In this document: positions 24,200 through 37,197 of the stretch, piece after piece
Layout: each line of letters starts with the position of its first letter
How positions within the stretch are numbered: the first letter of the stretch is position 1
DNA from: Fistulifera solaris
Taxonomy: Eukaryota
NCBI GenBank assembly: GCA_030295235.1
Contig: AP026139.1
Span: forward strand, 1-64,000
DNA: 64,000 bases
Reading direction: 5' to 3'
Translations under genes and position numbers: made by a program
Notes under the pieces: generated by a model
What the model was told of the DNA's origin: nothing
What the model saw: only the letters and a program-made list of their open reading frames with translations
Databases searched by the model: none

Positions 24200-27100
24200 A
24201 TGTCAGACATTCAGGAAATAGCATCCTCTAGTAAGATGATTGCGTCGCTTATTACGGAACTCGACAAGCCAAACGGACTATACACGTGGCTGGTGCTTTA
24301 CGGTGAGACGAACTCCTTGACGCGTTATGTTGCGTTATCGAGAACGTTTTGTCAAGAAAAACGTCCTTTACCCAACTTAATGCCAAGTGTATTAGAGAAA
24401 TTGGTCACTACGCAAGAAAATTTAACCTCATTATTTGATTTATGGTGTTGTTTCTGGAATACCTACGAACGGATTCAAGATAATGAGCTGTGGTTGAATT
24501 CTGTCGAACGCCACCCATCGCTTATTCAATTTAATAACTCCATGCGACCTGGTTTGAGGTTTACTAGTGTTGCTTGGAAGATTGCCATCAAGATCCGTAG
24601 CAAACATCCGACACTGGATCCCTGGCTGTTGAGTTTGGCGGCGTTTTCGTTGATTTTGAGAGCCATGAAGAGTCATTCTGCGAGCTATGAACAGTGGAAT
24701 CGACTCTGCGATACACACTTTGAAAATTCTGTTGATGATTATCTAGTGGAGAAATTGTATGGAAGCAATTGTCGATGCTGGCAGGCTCCTCTCGATCCTC
24801 CGCAGGAATTCACCCCGGAAAGAATTACATCTTTCGTGGCAAAATTCATTGTAACACATATTTTTGCAGCAAAAGGAAGCCATGATAAAGGTGAGCCGTC
24901 TCTCGCCCACAATATCACCCAGTGGCTTGACAAGTATGAGAACAACACGGAGAACCTGAATCCCATGATACTCATGTCGGAATACATTAAATTTTTGAAA
25001 ACTCGCAAAGGTCTGAATCCTTTCGTCTTTCTTGCGAAACCCTCTGACGATCTTGTTCAAGAAACAACAACTGATTTTGTTGCAAGTGCGTCTCAAGAGC
25101 CTCCGAAAGAAATGCGGGCATCACAAGGAACCGATGTCAGAGATGGTTCGAAGGAAATAAATACGTCTACTTCGCCGCAACCGCGCGACGAGGAAGGTTG
25201 GGACAAGGACGCCAATGGCATTGCGTCAGATAAAGATTCCGTTGATGATGCTTTTATACAACACGAGAATGATGACGCGGATGAAGTGTCGACGACCTCA
25301 AAGCCCACACCGCAGAACGATGATCAAGTAGAAGGAGCTAGTCGACTGATAGCGATGTTAATCACCGAAGTCGACAAACCGAACGGCTTGTACACGTGGC
25401 TATTGCAGTTCGGCGAACAGTACAGTTTGACAGATTTTGTTGCGTTGTCTACTACATTTTGTAAAGAAAAGAGTCCTTTACAAGATAGCACACCAGTGCT
25501 GTTGAAATCGCTAGTCGAAACTCAGAAAAACCTCGATTCCCTGCATCATTTGTGGTGCTGTTTTTGGAACACTTGCTATCGAATCCAAGATGATCCCTTG
25601 TGGAATGAAGCCGTTGAGTCTCACCCAATGTTAACATACCTCGAAAAGACGTCATCGGCCGGGATGATGTTTGTAACAGTTGCTTGGAAGATTGCAGCTA
25701 AACTACGGCAGAAGGACTCGACTCTGGATCCTTGGATTTTGAGTTTGGCAGCAATTTCCCTCCTTCTAAAAGCGATGAACAGTCATCCCCTAAACTATCA
25801 AAAATGGGTAGAATTTTGCTCGGCGCGGTTTGGTGAGTCATATGATGCATATTTACTTGGCAAACTCTATCAAAGCGATAATCGTTGTCGGGAGTATCCT
25901 CTCGATCCTCCGTCCGGTTTTGCACCGGACCTCGTCTCGTCCCTGGTGAAGACCGTTATCACAACCCAAATTTACAACGATCATACGTCGGTAAGGCCAC
26001 TCGCGGAAACGATTAGGGAATGGCTTGAACATCGTGAGAACAGATGGGAAAATCTCGATCCCACCACATTGATGACTGAATACGTGAAGTTCATCAGGAA
26101 TGGTAAAGGACTCAACCCATTTGTCTTTCTTGCAAAATCTTCGGACATTTTTTTGTCGCAAAGACGAAAGTCTGGTCGTCAATTACTTCTCCCCGTAGCG
26201 CGAACAGGTCTAGAAGCATCAATTCTTAAAGAACATCAAACCGAACGTCGAGGAACGAATGCGTCACCTACTCGAAAGGAACCGGAAACTTCTGATGAGG
26301 CTACGACTAATGACGTTGCCCTCAATCACGAAGCTGATGATGACGTTTCTGTGCAGCAAAACGACGAAAATGAGAACACAAATGGTAGTATCGGCAAACA
26401 TCCCGCAAGTGACGCCGAAGACGAAGCTAATGAAGTAAAGAAGCGAAAGTTAAATCTAAATGCTTCGCGAAGTCAACGCTTAGCCACCGCAATGGCGCTG
26501 GTGGTAAAAGAACTCTCCAAAATGAATCAGGGTTTGCCAGACTCGGCCGCCCAGACCTACGTCTTGTCCGATTCCATGGAATTGAACGAATGGACTGTGT
26601 CTTTGCTGATTGTGGACCATGTTGCGCCGAGTAGCAGATTAGTTCGTTACTTGGACGAAGCGTCGCCAAGACAATGGACCAAAGAATTGATTCCAATACT
26701 CAATCGTGCGTTGCTGCGATTTTCACAGGAGAATTTGGTAGAAAAGGCCACTCGAACGGCACCTGTATCTGTATCAAAATCGGATGGAGTGGTGCAGATT
26801 CATGGAAGTGTTACAGACGATAAGATCATGAGCAAAGCTGTGATACTGCTCTATTATCACGCACTTGAAGCCATTTTGACATCGGAATCGGAACGACTGA
26901 AAGTAACATCACATCCACAAATTGTGATGTACTCTGTCTTTCACAAGGCTCTGTTGGCATGCTGTATGTGGTGTGTGACGAAAGCTATCGGTGCTACACA
27001 AAAACTGCGATCTTCCCCTTGTCTACAAGCATTGTCGATACAATCGACACTGCGAGTCTGTGACAGCAATCCCTACGACTTTCTCAAGGTTTCTGAATCC

Positions 27101-27921
27101 TTTTTGCGCGTACTATGCCTTGGAACTTCGAATCTCAAATTGGGATCACCGTTACCACAGAAATTGCCGCGTCTGTTGCACCGCGATCTCCAATCGATGG
27201 AAGTGACCATTCTGGATTCGTTGCTGTGGTCGACCTCCATCCTGAATGGCACGGCCGGTTCTTTGCCTGAGCAAATCGAAGATTTTATGGGCAAGTCGAA
27301 TGAGAATGTCACCCTCTGGCCTCCGGAGATACTAGCACCGACCTTGCGAGAGGAAGCATCCGAGTCTGGCAAGAATCTCACTTATCCTACACCCGATCAC
27401 GAGGATTTTGCCGAATACAGATGTGTGAATTTTTGATTAGATCCGTGGTAAAACTGTCCTTTTCTCGTTTTGAAGACATCTGCGGTTTGCTGAAAGTTCC
27501 CGTACAGTATCCTTTGGTGACACATGCTTGGGTGGCTTTCCGTCACTTGCTGCGACATCATGTAGAAATGCTGTTTGATCGACATGTGGATCAATGGATT
27601 TTATGTTGTCTTTACGGCGTGGCCAAGGTTTTGTCATTTCCGCTGACCTTTGCGGAAATCATTGAAGCTTACATCAAGTCGCGTGGTCCGGTAGTGGGAG
27701 ATGTGACTTGCCAACACATCTTGCGATATATTCGTATGGATAATACCAGTCACGATTTAACGACAGGTGATGTAATTGCGCTCTACAACCATGTTTGGGT
27801 CCCTAATATGAAAACATACTTGATGGAGAGTGCATCTCTCCGAGAGAGTGCCAAGAAAGTGCAAGAGTTGCTTCGTGGGAAAGAAGCCGCGACACCGGAT
27901 GAACCCATAAATGAGCAATAA
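24200..27921 (+). CDS. Retinoblastoma-related pocket protein with a tandemly duplicated N-terminal domain
   Basis: RB_A: LYYHALEAILTSESERL, FHKALLACC, PYDFLKVSESFLR, ILDSLLW. RB_B: LFDRHVDQWILCCLYGVAKV, FAEIIEAY, DVIALYNHVWVP. Frameshift at the T-run near 27432. Confidence 0.88.
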
Positions 27922-28410
27922 GAACGAAAGTAAATAGTTAATCACCTTACAATGAATACACCTTGTTAAGATTTTGGATTAAATATGGTTAGCGGTCGCG
28001 CCAGACCTTCGCAGAGTGTCTCTCTAGAAGAGAAAACGAACGCAGTGGCCAACTTACGGGACTGAAATAAGATGAGTCGGGTGACGTAGGAACCTACAAC
28101 CTACACTTGTCAAGACAATACAGCAGCCAAGAAAAAAAGGAGGCGAGGAAAACGACTCCTATTTGTCAGAAAATAGAGACGGAAGAGCAAGATTCATCCT
28201 ATCATCTTTAATTGCGACGTACAATAATTATGAATCATCGAGTTGTCTGAATCGAACATTCATCCTTTGTTATCAATCATTCCGGCGTGAGGCGGTTTTC
28301 TTTTGCATGAACTAGAATTAATTTCAGTGCAAACGTAGCTCGCTACTCGACAAACACACATCCTAATTCTATTGCACCTTTCGTCCATTTCGCGAGTGAG
28401 ACAGAACGAA

Positions 28411-30928
28411 ATGAGTAGCCGTGACGAACCTTTACATAGTGCGGGTCACGTACATGCTCCTCTACACAATTCTGACGACAGTGTCGGAAGTTATCCAGTC
28501 GACACGGAAATGAATATTGATGATTTGCTGAGTTTAGGATCCTCATCTTTCGATATGCGATTAACTAATCCGGTACAAATGGAGTTACAAGAGAATGCGC
28601 GGTTACCGACCTTTTACGGAACGGTCGATCGTTCCGGTAGTAGTTCGATTGGTATCTCGCGACGCGTCCCCGAAGCAGCTTTGCACAGTCCGACACGGCT
28701 TCAGCAGCAACAACGACAACACAGTGATAGTACTGACGATCCGGCTATTAATTGGGGTGAATTATTTTTGAATGATCGACATCGTGTCAGCTATCACGGG
28801 AATTACAAAGAAGCGGGTGTTTTGAAGGATAATGTGGATACGTTTCCGATGATCGTACCCACCGAAGTTGAAAGAACGGCGGCTCTGTCCGAAACAATTG
28901 ACATCAATCAAAACACTTACAACGACCCGAATGACCTTATCATTGAAGTGGAACCGACGCCCTTGTCGGAGATTAAACGCCGTGCCGAAGAGCGCCATCA
29001 TCGAGAACAAAAGCACAATGTTGGGGTAAATGAGGGACCGCGACATCATCCTTTCAGTCGGAGTACTCCTCTGCTGGCCTACGATCAGCACCACGGCAAC
29101 AGCGATGCGGTCAGTATGGCACACGCTATTGCTACTGCAGCGGCTTTGGCGTCTACAACGATGCAGCACAGGCCGTCAACAAGTACAGGCATGTCCAAAT
29201 TACCTCCGGCGACTGCCGGTGTTTTAAAAGATATTTCTACCAAGAAAAAGAAACACGGCTTCGGTCCTAATCATATTGTGCCATCGGTTCCTGAAACCGA
29301 TACACGTCGTATGTCGCGGAAGCGCCCGCCTCCCGTCGTTACGACCAATACGAATACTGGTAAAAGCCATAATGCATTTGTTCCCATGGCACCGCCGTTT
29401 GCTTCTGTGGTGACTACAAATCATCACAATTCCGCAAATTATCATATAGGAGGCTCCGAAATGAATGACGCGGATCGAGGATCTCCGACGAATCCAGGCG
29501 ATGCCTACGAGAGGAAAAAAGCAACGAGCGAAGGATGCTCGTGTCAAGTTAAATGAATCAATCGATCGAATGCACATTTCGATACGCCTGGCGTTGACGC
29601 AGTCGCAGCAAAGACTGAAGCAAACACACGAGAGTGACATGTTAACAACGGCACAAAAGGAAAAGATCGGTCCTTTAATGCAGCAAACAATACGCATCGC
29701 AGAGACGGCGAAAAAGTGGGATCGGCCTAGCTTTGTGGGTTCCGCGGCTGATTTAATTCAAATATTAAATGCGCAATGTGAAGCGTTGATGGTCTTGGCA
29801 ATGAAGTCATCTAATCATGAAAGTGAGAATTCAGCGAACTGGAATTCGAATGCAATGAATGCTATTCCAGCTTCGTCAGCCATCTCTCCTTCCAATAATG
29901 GACAGCACAAACGTCTCATCATAGACGAAGCGGGTCCTTTGAACAACAGTGTTGGAGATGTTGGCGCGATTAATATCAATAGCAATAGCAATTTCAAACG
30001 TGTGCGAACTACTCCAATGACCGAGCCTCAAACAATCTTGGATGTTAAAGATGATGGAAGCTGGATTTCAAACGGTCGGATATTGCATTGTATCGCATCT
30101 TTCTTGGATCCTTCTTCACTGTATTGCTGTCACTTCCGCATTTGCAAAGCTTGGATGACTTTGGGAATTTTTAATTCGGATGCTACATGGGAAAGGCTGG
30201 TGTTGCAACGCTTTGGCTACTATTGTGTGCGACAATGGCGTGACAAACTTCAACTGGACGATACATCCGACTATCCTTCATATGCCACTTTGTACAAACG
30301 TATGGACATGGCCAATGCAATGCCCCATATTGCGTCAGTTCATCAAAATGAAGGATGGTTTTTATTGGGCGAAACTCGTTTGCCCGGATCGATTAGTGCG
30401 TGGGTGTATTTAATCGAGCGCAGCAATGGTGAAACGTTACGGAGCGTTCATCACGCCTTGACAAACAAATTTCGAAGTCTACCCATCGTAGAATTACGGA
30501 CTGTGTTACAGAGCACTGGTGGCAAAGAAATCGTTTGGAAGCTGGATCAAATTCAAAGTGTCGATACATCTACGCGACGTCGCGCAGAAGAAATGAAAGA
30601 GTTGCAGGGTGACGATGGTCGATTTGCCAAGCGCGTGTTCCGTCTGGAGGATGGGGCACTCTTTCCCATATCTACCGATACCAATGGTTCCCTTCGCTTG
30701 AATTTGTTCGAAACCGTGATCGTGGTGTCGTACATCCATGCCACGCATTGCAACACAATCTCTAAATTTGTGCAAAAAAGCAACTTTACTCGATGGCTAG
30801 TGCAAGTTAACGGAACGACGGTGCCTTTGGTGATTCCCCTTTCCCAGGGATGCGTTAAGTTTGCAGCACTAGCAGAATTTGTATCGTTTGTCAATAGTAT
30901 GCTTGCACGTAGAACCATTTCTTCATAA
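28411..30928 (+). CDS. bHLH-like transcription factor fused to an F-box-like domain
   Basis: ERKKQRAKDARVKLNESIDRM...KWDRPSFVGSAADLIQIL (bHLH-like) and ILHCIASFLDPSSL..RICKAW...SDATWERL (F-box-like). Frameshift at the A-run 29515-29520. Confidence 0.7.
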
Positions 30929-31236
30929 TGAATGAAAAATGAGCAAGTAAACAAATATACGACTCGTGACTGATTACCAGTTACGGAATCATAGAAAAAG
31001 GGCGCCTACATTTTCTGGCACAGTGACCGCTTCTAGTCACGAGAATCAATGACTGCCAAGCAAGAATAATGACCGAATGACACAAATGACCCTTCAAGAC
31101 ACCGAGGAAAAGAAAACCCAAGAAAGATTGATCATCGTGTTTTTTTTTCATTCGATTGAACATCATTCCTTTCATTCCTTTCTTTGTTGCTTTCCTCTCC
31201 CCTCTATTATCTCTCTTCTATTTTTTCGTAGACAGC

Positions 31237-34200
31237 ATGACCGAGGCGAATAATAACGCAAACTCAACTACAGCCGTCAATCCGCTGAAAACAGATGCCG
31301 ATCTCTTGTCACTCTTGAAACGATTGGATGGCATTCACAAATACAAAACCTTTCAACGATGGAAAGCACGATTCTTGGATCGTCTTGAATCCTTCTTGTA
31401 TGAAGCAGGCATGGGACCAGCGGATGAATCCTGCCAAGCGTTTTCGACTTTATTGCAGAAACAAATCCGGCGTGGGGAAGCAGTACAAACGCACGTCGCC
31501 CACGGCGAATTGAATGCCGAGAAAAAAGACAGTCAAGGCGGCTTTGGCGTTAAATGAAATGTGCACTCTATTAACGAGTACTGTACAAGAAACGGAACTG
31601 TTGATTCCTTCGAATACGAAAGAAGAGAAGCAACGAGGATACACAAAATTCCATTTAGGAGCTGTATTGATTCGACAGGGATTTCATCAGTATCAAGCGA
31701 TGCAAGCCATTGAGGCGGATTTGCAGCAACTGTCGCGTGATTTAGAACAGGTGGCCGACAAGCAGCAGCGAGAACTCTTTCATATGTATCAAACACAGGT
31801 ACAGCGATTTTGTGATGTCATGGCGGATTTGAATTTGTATGAAGTCATGAAGAAGTGTTTGCAATTTGCGCAAGCTCCTGAAGAAGAAGAAAGCAGTGAC
31901 GAAGAACCCGTTGTCATTCAAATTGTCATTCATACACACGATGGAAAGAAGTTGACGTTAACGCTGGATCAGACGGAGACGATTGGGAACATTAAGGAGA
32001 GTATCGTGGCGGCATGTGGCATTCCGGTCGAACGACAGGTACTGACCTTTCAAGATACTCTTCTGAACGATCCCGACGCTACTTTGGTCGGTTGCGGTAT
32101 TCCAGATCAGTCGGAACTGAAAGTCGAACCATTCCGTATACCCATTGCAGTCAAGACAATGGATGGAGTAATTTATTCCCTGCAAGTTGATCCGACGGAT
32201 TATTTATCGAGTGTTAAACAGCAGTTGGCGGAACGAACGGGCATTGCACCCAACAACCAAAACCTCACTTTGCAAGACACGCCACTGGATGACCTAAAGA
32301 CTATAGCAGAGAATGGTATTCCAGCGGAGAGTCAATTAGAAATGGAACCCAAGGTCTTGAACTTAAACGTCACGCTGCCCGGTGGGAAAATTGTGGTAGT
32401 ATCAGCGCTCCCTTCCGATACAGTAGAGGATCTGAAAGAGAAAATTGCGAATCAGACGGGGCTTGCGGCACCAAGACAAGTCATAAAGGTCGCGGAGCAG
32501 ACACTACCTGTAGACCAACCGCTTCGCGAATTGGGTTTGAATGATGGTTCGGATATTGTCGTCGACCTGTTTCAAATTCCGATTCAAGTCAAGACTATGG
32601 ACGGGAAGTCGATATCGTTGAAGATCGAACCTTCCAAATACTTAAGTGACGTTAAGCGACAATTGGAGGCGGATTCGGGTTTGCACGCCGCCAACATGCA
32701 ATTGAGTCGAGACTACGAGGATGGGAATACTGAAATACTGGACAACGATATGAAGACAGCGCAAGATTATGATATCCGGGCGAATACTATTTTGGATTTG
32801 GCACCCAAGAAAATGCCGATCCGGGTTCGACTTCCGGATGGAAAGGAAGTAGAAGTCGAAATCAGTCCCAGGGATACGTTAGGTGTTATCAAACAAGCGG
32901 TTGCTGACAAAAGTGGCTTAGCCCCTTCGCGACAAAAGTTAATGTATCAAGGCGAAGAAATACCGCTAAATGAAACGGCTCAAAAGATGGGTCTACGACC
33001 TGGGGATTTACTTCAAGTGGAATTCAATAAGGTGCCAATTACAGTGAACACGATGGATGGGCGACAAATTAAAGTCGATATTGATCTGGCAGACACCGCT
33101 GGTAATATCAAAAAGCACCTGGAAGTGGAGACAGGTCTTCCTGCAAATAACATTCAATTGTATTTGGATGGGAATGCACTAGATGACGATGAAAAGACCG
33201 CCAAAGACTACTGTGTTGAGGCTGGCAGTGAACTCGACTTGGAGCCTAAATCGATAGCCCTAACGGTTGAGTTACCCGATGGAAAAACAATTGCGCTGGA
33301 TGTTTCACCGCAGGAGACGACTAACAATTTGAAGGCAAAAATTCAGGCCAAATGTGGCTTGGCCCCGGAACGCCAAGTGGTTTGTCATGAAGGCAAAGAA
33401 TTGCCGCCAGATGGAATAAAAGTACGAGAGATGGGTATTCCAGCCGATGCGACGTTACAAGTGGGCTTACATAAAATCCCAATCAGTGTAAAGACTATGG
33501 ATGGACGCAAAATCCAAGTGGACGTTGAACCCGCGACGACTCTTGCTGACCTAAAGAAGCAAATGCAAGACGATGCAGGAATTGCAGCGGACAATATTGC
33601 ATTAAGCATGGACGGCAATCCTTTAGATAATGATGGCAAATCTCTCAACGATTATGGAATACAAGCTGGTAGTGAGTTGGATTTGGAGCCTAGATCGATT
33701 GCTGTGACAGTCGAGATGCCCGACGGTACGAAACATCCTATCACTATTTGCCCCAGCGATACAACAGGCAATTTGAAGCAAGCGATTGAGGACGCAACTG
33801 GGATTCAAGTTCCACGCCAAGTTGTATATTATCAAGGGAGCGAAATAAAACCTGACCAGACAGTTCGGTCCATTGGTGTTCCCGACGGTGCGACGCTGCA
33901 AGTGGAATTTTTCAAAATTCCCATTGTTGTCAATTGCGTTGATGGATCCCAAATGCATGTAAACATTGAACCAAGTGCTACATTAAGCGATATCAAAAAG
34001 GTCATTGAGCAAGAATCAGGAGTATCCGCAAACAATCAGAACTTGAGTATCGACGGCAGTCCACTGGAGGGCGACAATAGCAAAACAGCTGTCGATCATG
34101 GCATTCACGCAGGAAGTGAAATCGATATGGAACCCAACACAATACGATTAAAGGTCAAACTTCCGGACGAATCAACTATATCACTATCCGTCAGACCCGC

Positions 34201-35523
34201 TGATACTACCGAATCGATCAAAGATTTGATTCATAAAGAGACGGGTATCGCTCCCCCGCGGCAGTCCTTGCATCAAACGAACGGTCAACCACTTTGTGGA
34301 AATAAGACCATCAGAGAAATGAATCTCAAAGATGAATCGACAATTCAGGTCTTGCTCTCTAAAGTACCTGTGACAGTAAAAAGTGCCGATGGAAGTGAAA
34401 CTGAGCTCATGGTTGATCTACACGAGAATCTGCTTGTCATTAAAGAGCAAGTCGAAAGAGAACTTGGTTTGCCGGTGAGCAATCAGAATCTATTGATTAT
34501 AGATCGTATTCTCAAAGACAATAACAGGCCTGCCAAAGATCAAGGTGTCGTTTCTGGATCGATTCTTTACGTGGAACCGAAACTCATGACCATCACAGCT
34601 ATCTTACCAAACGGTACGCAACACGTGTTGCAAGTGCAGCCTAGCGACCTGGTCGATTCTGTATCGGATCAAATTGCGCGTGTCTCCGGTTTGGCAAATC
34701 ATCGACAAGTTCTGAAACAAGATTCCCGCACTTTGAATAAGGTCGAGACACTACGTGATGCGCGAGTCCTACCCGATTCTTCAGTCCACGTGAGTATCTA
34801 TACCATTCCCATCAGGGTGCAAACAGAAAACAACCAAAGCTACGATTTGAACGTCGAGCCAACGTCGATGATTAGTGAACTGAAGAAAACACTTGAACAC
34901 GAAACGGGCATTGACGAAAAGAAACAAATATTAATGTACAATGAAACAGAACTGAAAATGGGAACCATTAAAGCCGGTGGTCTCCTACCCAAATCGGTTG
35001 TGCACTTGAGTATTCGCAAGGATTCTATCATCTTTGTGGATGTGAAATGCGGTACCCTCTTGCCGTCGATCGCGATGAAGTGAGTGAACGAAAAATGTTG
35101 ACAGCCAATCAAGGCAATCGTCTCGACTTTCTTGAAGCGACGCAAGACAGCAAAAGTAAAGAGAATATGAAGAAAGCCATGCTGAGTTCCCCATCGCTCG
35201 GTGTAGCACCACAAGTCGTCGTTGTGTCTACCCAAGTAGATGACTACGAGTTGGAAGAAGCCGCCAAAGTCGCGAGTATGTGGGGCGTAAGTTTGAAGAA
35301 ACGTGAAAAGAACAAGAAAGGTGAAGAATTCATTTTTGTGGATCCGAAAACAGGTGCTTGTGGCGAATTGTCTCGCAAAAAGTACCTCGACATGGCCTTT
35401 ATTACATTGGAAACACTATCAAATGGCGAAGAAACTTTGGCTGAACGAGAGATGGATACTATGACTTACGACAAGTACGTGATGGACATTCGTCGCGTTT
35501 TTGACATCAAATCGGCGACTTAA
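31237..35523 (+). CDS. Large protein with 14 tandem divergent ubiquitin-like domains
   Basis: Repeated I.VKT.DG..I.L.V.P.DT...LK..I....G.....Q.L...G..L.D..T...GI..GS.L.L units. Frameshifts near 31524 and 35060 join the N- and C-terminal ORFs. Confidence 0.88.
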
Positions 35524-35607
35524 CGTCAAATACGATAAAAACAAGCTTATAAAAATAGTCACATCGAGAAACTTGGACTTTTTTAAATACTCTACTATTC
35601 GTAACCT

Positions 35608-36624
35608 TTATTCCTTGTTCGCCGTCGAGGCCGCCGAAGCTTGAGTCATTTCCACAATAAGCTTCTTGACATCTCCACGATCTTGTGCCGGACGGGGAAA
35701 CGGTACACGCACTTTGAATTGCTCCGGCAAAAAGGCAATGGCTTCTTCTCGGGTGACTTTGACAAACATCCCTAACGAATCGACGGAAGTAATTTCGGCA
35801 GCGGTAATGGTCGGTCCCTCTTTCATGCCGGGTATCGCGTTCTGTACAATGGCAATGGTGGCCGACTGATGATCATCATTCATGTGTTCGGCAATGTGCG
35901 GACCAAATGCCGAAATAGCATCGGGCTGTGCTTGCGCATATTCGTCGGCAGTGACCGTTCCGGCCCTGGCAAAGCCACCAACAAAACGCACATGCTCTAC
36001 CGACATTCGGAACCAATTGAAATCCCCAAAAGCCGTCCAGAAGGCTCCCGGATGCTTCTGATTGTAGAGTTGTTGAGCTTGTTCAATTTCTTCTTTCGAT
36101 TTAATCAATGTCGCTGTTCCCATGAGATTAACACGTCCATCGGCGGCACCTTTGAACTGCTTGCTGGCAACCGTCAAACTACAGTTGGGGTTCGCGAGAA
36201 TGTCTTGTGTATGCGAGGACATGCCCGAGAAACAAAAGAGCGGCCGCCCTTGCTCATCGACGGAAAAGCCTACTACGGAACCGCCGGGAAATTCGGGATG
36301 CGCTTTACTAAACGTACTCATCACCGCAAAGCCGTGACTGTTTTGCACCAACGTGCGAACATCCGTCGCAAAATCCAATTTGGGGGCATTTTGTTGATGT
36401 TGTTGATACTCCATTAACTGCTTTTGAAGTTCGGGTGATAATTGCGACATCGGATCGCCTCCGACATCATGACGGGGAGCGTTGTTGCGGAGGATCGAAG
36501 CAGAAGACACATGCAAAGTCGACTGTGCGAATTGTTGTGGATGATTGCGATTCGCAACGAAGGCGTGCGCAGTATTCACAGTCAGCAGTGACAGAACAAG
36601 CAAAGAGATCATGTTACAGTTCAT
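35608..36624 (-). CDS. HugZ-like / pyridoxamine 5'-phosphate oxidase-family split-barrel protein with a DUF2470-type C-terminus, plastid-targeted
   Basis: FPGGSVVGF, SGMSSHTQDILANPNCSLTV, GRVNLMG, FVGGFARAG, HMNDDH, VDSLG. Signal peptide ends AHA-F. Confidence 0.85.
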   Translation of the reverse strand: MNCNMISLLVLSLLTVNTAHAFVANRNHPQQFAQSTLHVSSASILRNNAPRHDVGGDPMSQLSPELQKQLMEYQQHQQNAPKLDFATDVRTLVQNSHGFAVMSTFSKAHPEFPGGSVVGFSVDEQGRPLFCFSGMSSHTQDILANPNCSLTVASKQFKGAADGRVNLMGTATLIKSKEEIEQAQQLYNQKHPGAFWTAFGDFNWFRMSVEHVRFVGGFARAGTVTADEYAQAQPDAISAFGPHIAEHMNDDHQSATIAIVQNAIPGMKEGPTITAAEITSVDSLGMFVKVTREEAIAFLPEQFKVRVPFPRPAQDRGDVKKLIVEMTQASAASTANKE

Positions 36625-37197
36625 TGAGACAAGATTAGAGGAAAAGGAATGTACCGGTAACTGGGTCCTGACAGTCAATAAAGATGAGAATGAAGAGAAT
36701 GAAGATGCGCCTTTTTCAATTATTTTGGCTCATTGACGTGGAATGAGAGTAGCGGAGTCCCGCCACCGAATTGGGTCCCGGATTAATGTCGCACACTTGC
36801 GTCATTCGAGGGAACGCCAAAACGACGAGCGACTCCTCCTGGGAATGATTCAAGAGAGAGAATAGTACAATAATTCTTATAGTAGCTCACGGAATATCTC
36901 TTTGTAACATGTGACTGCTCCTCTGGTTTTGGCGTTATTTCTCCCATTGCGTGTTTTGCGTGAAATCGAAAAGGATGGGTACCAGGTACCGTACCGGTAC
37001 AAACAAAACGCAGAGGGCATGTTTCATTGCGTTGCAATAAAACTGTAATTGACCTTTCCGAGTAACCTCATTGACCAGCTTTCATTAATCATCTTTTCTT
37101 CTTTGGCCTATCGCAAAGTCGGAGTGATTCGAACAGTTCAGTATCATTGCAGTGCATTCTATCGTCGCGTTGTCATCATATCAATCATCATTTCATC

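Noticed and set aside
31916..35020. Canonical polyubiquitin gene
   Set aside because: Units are highly divergent and lack LRLRGG ends.
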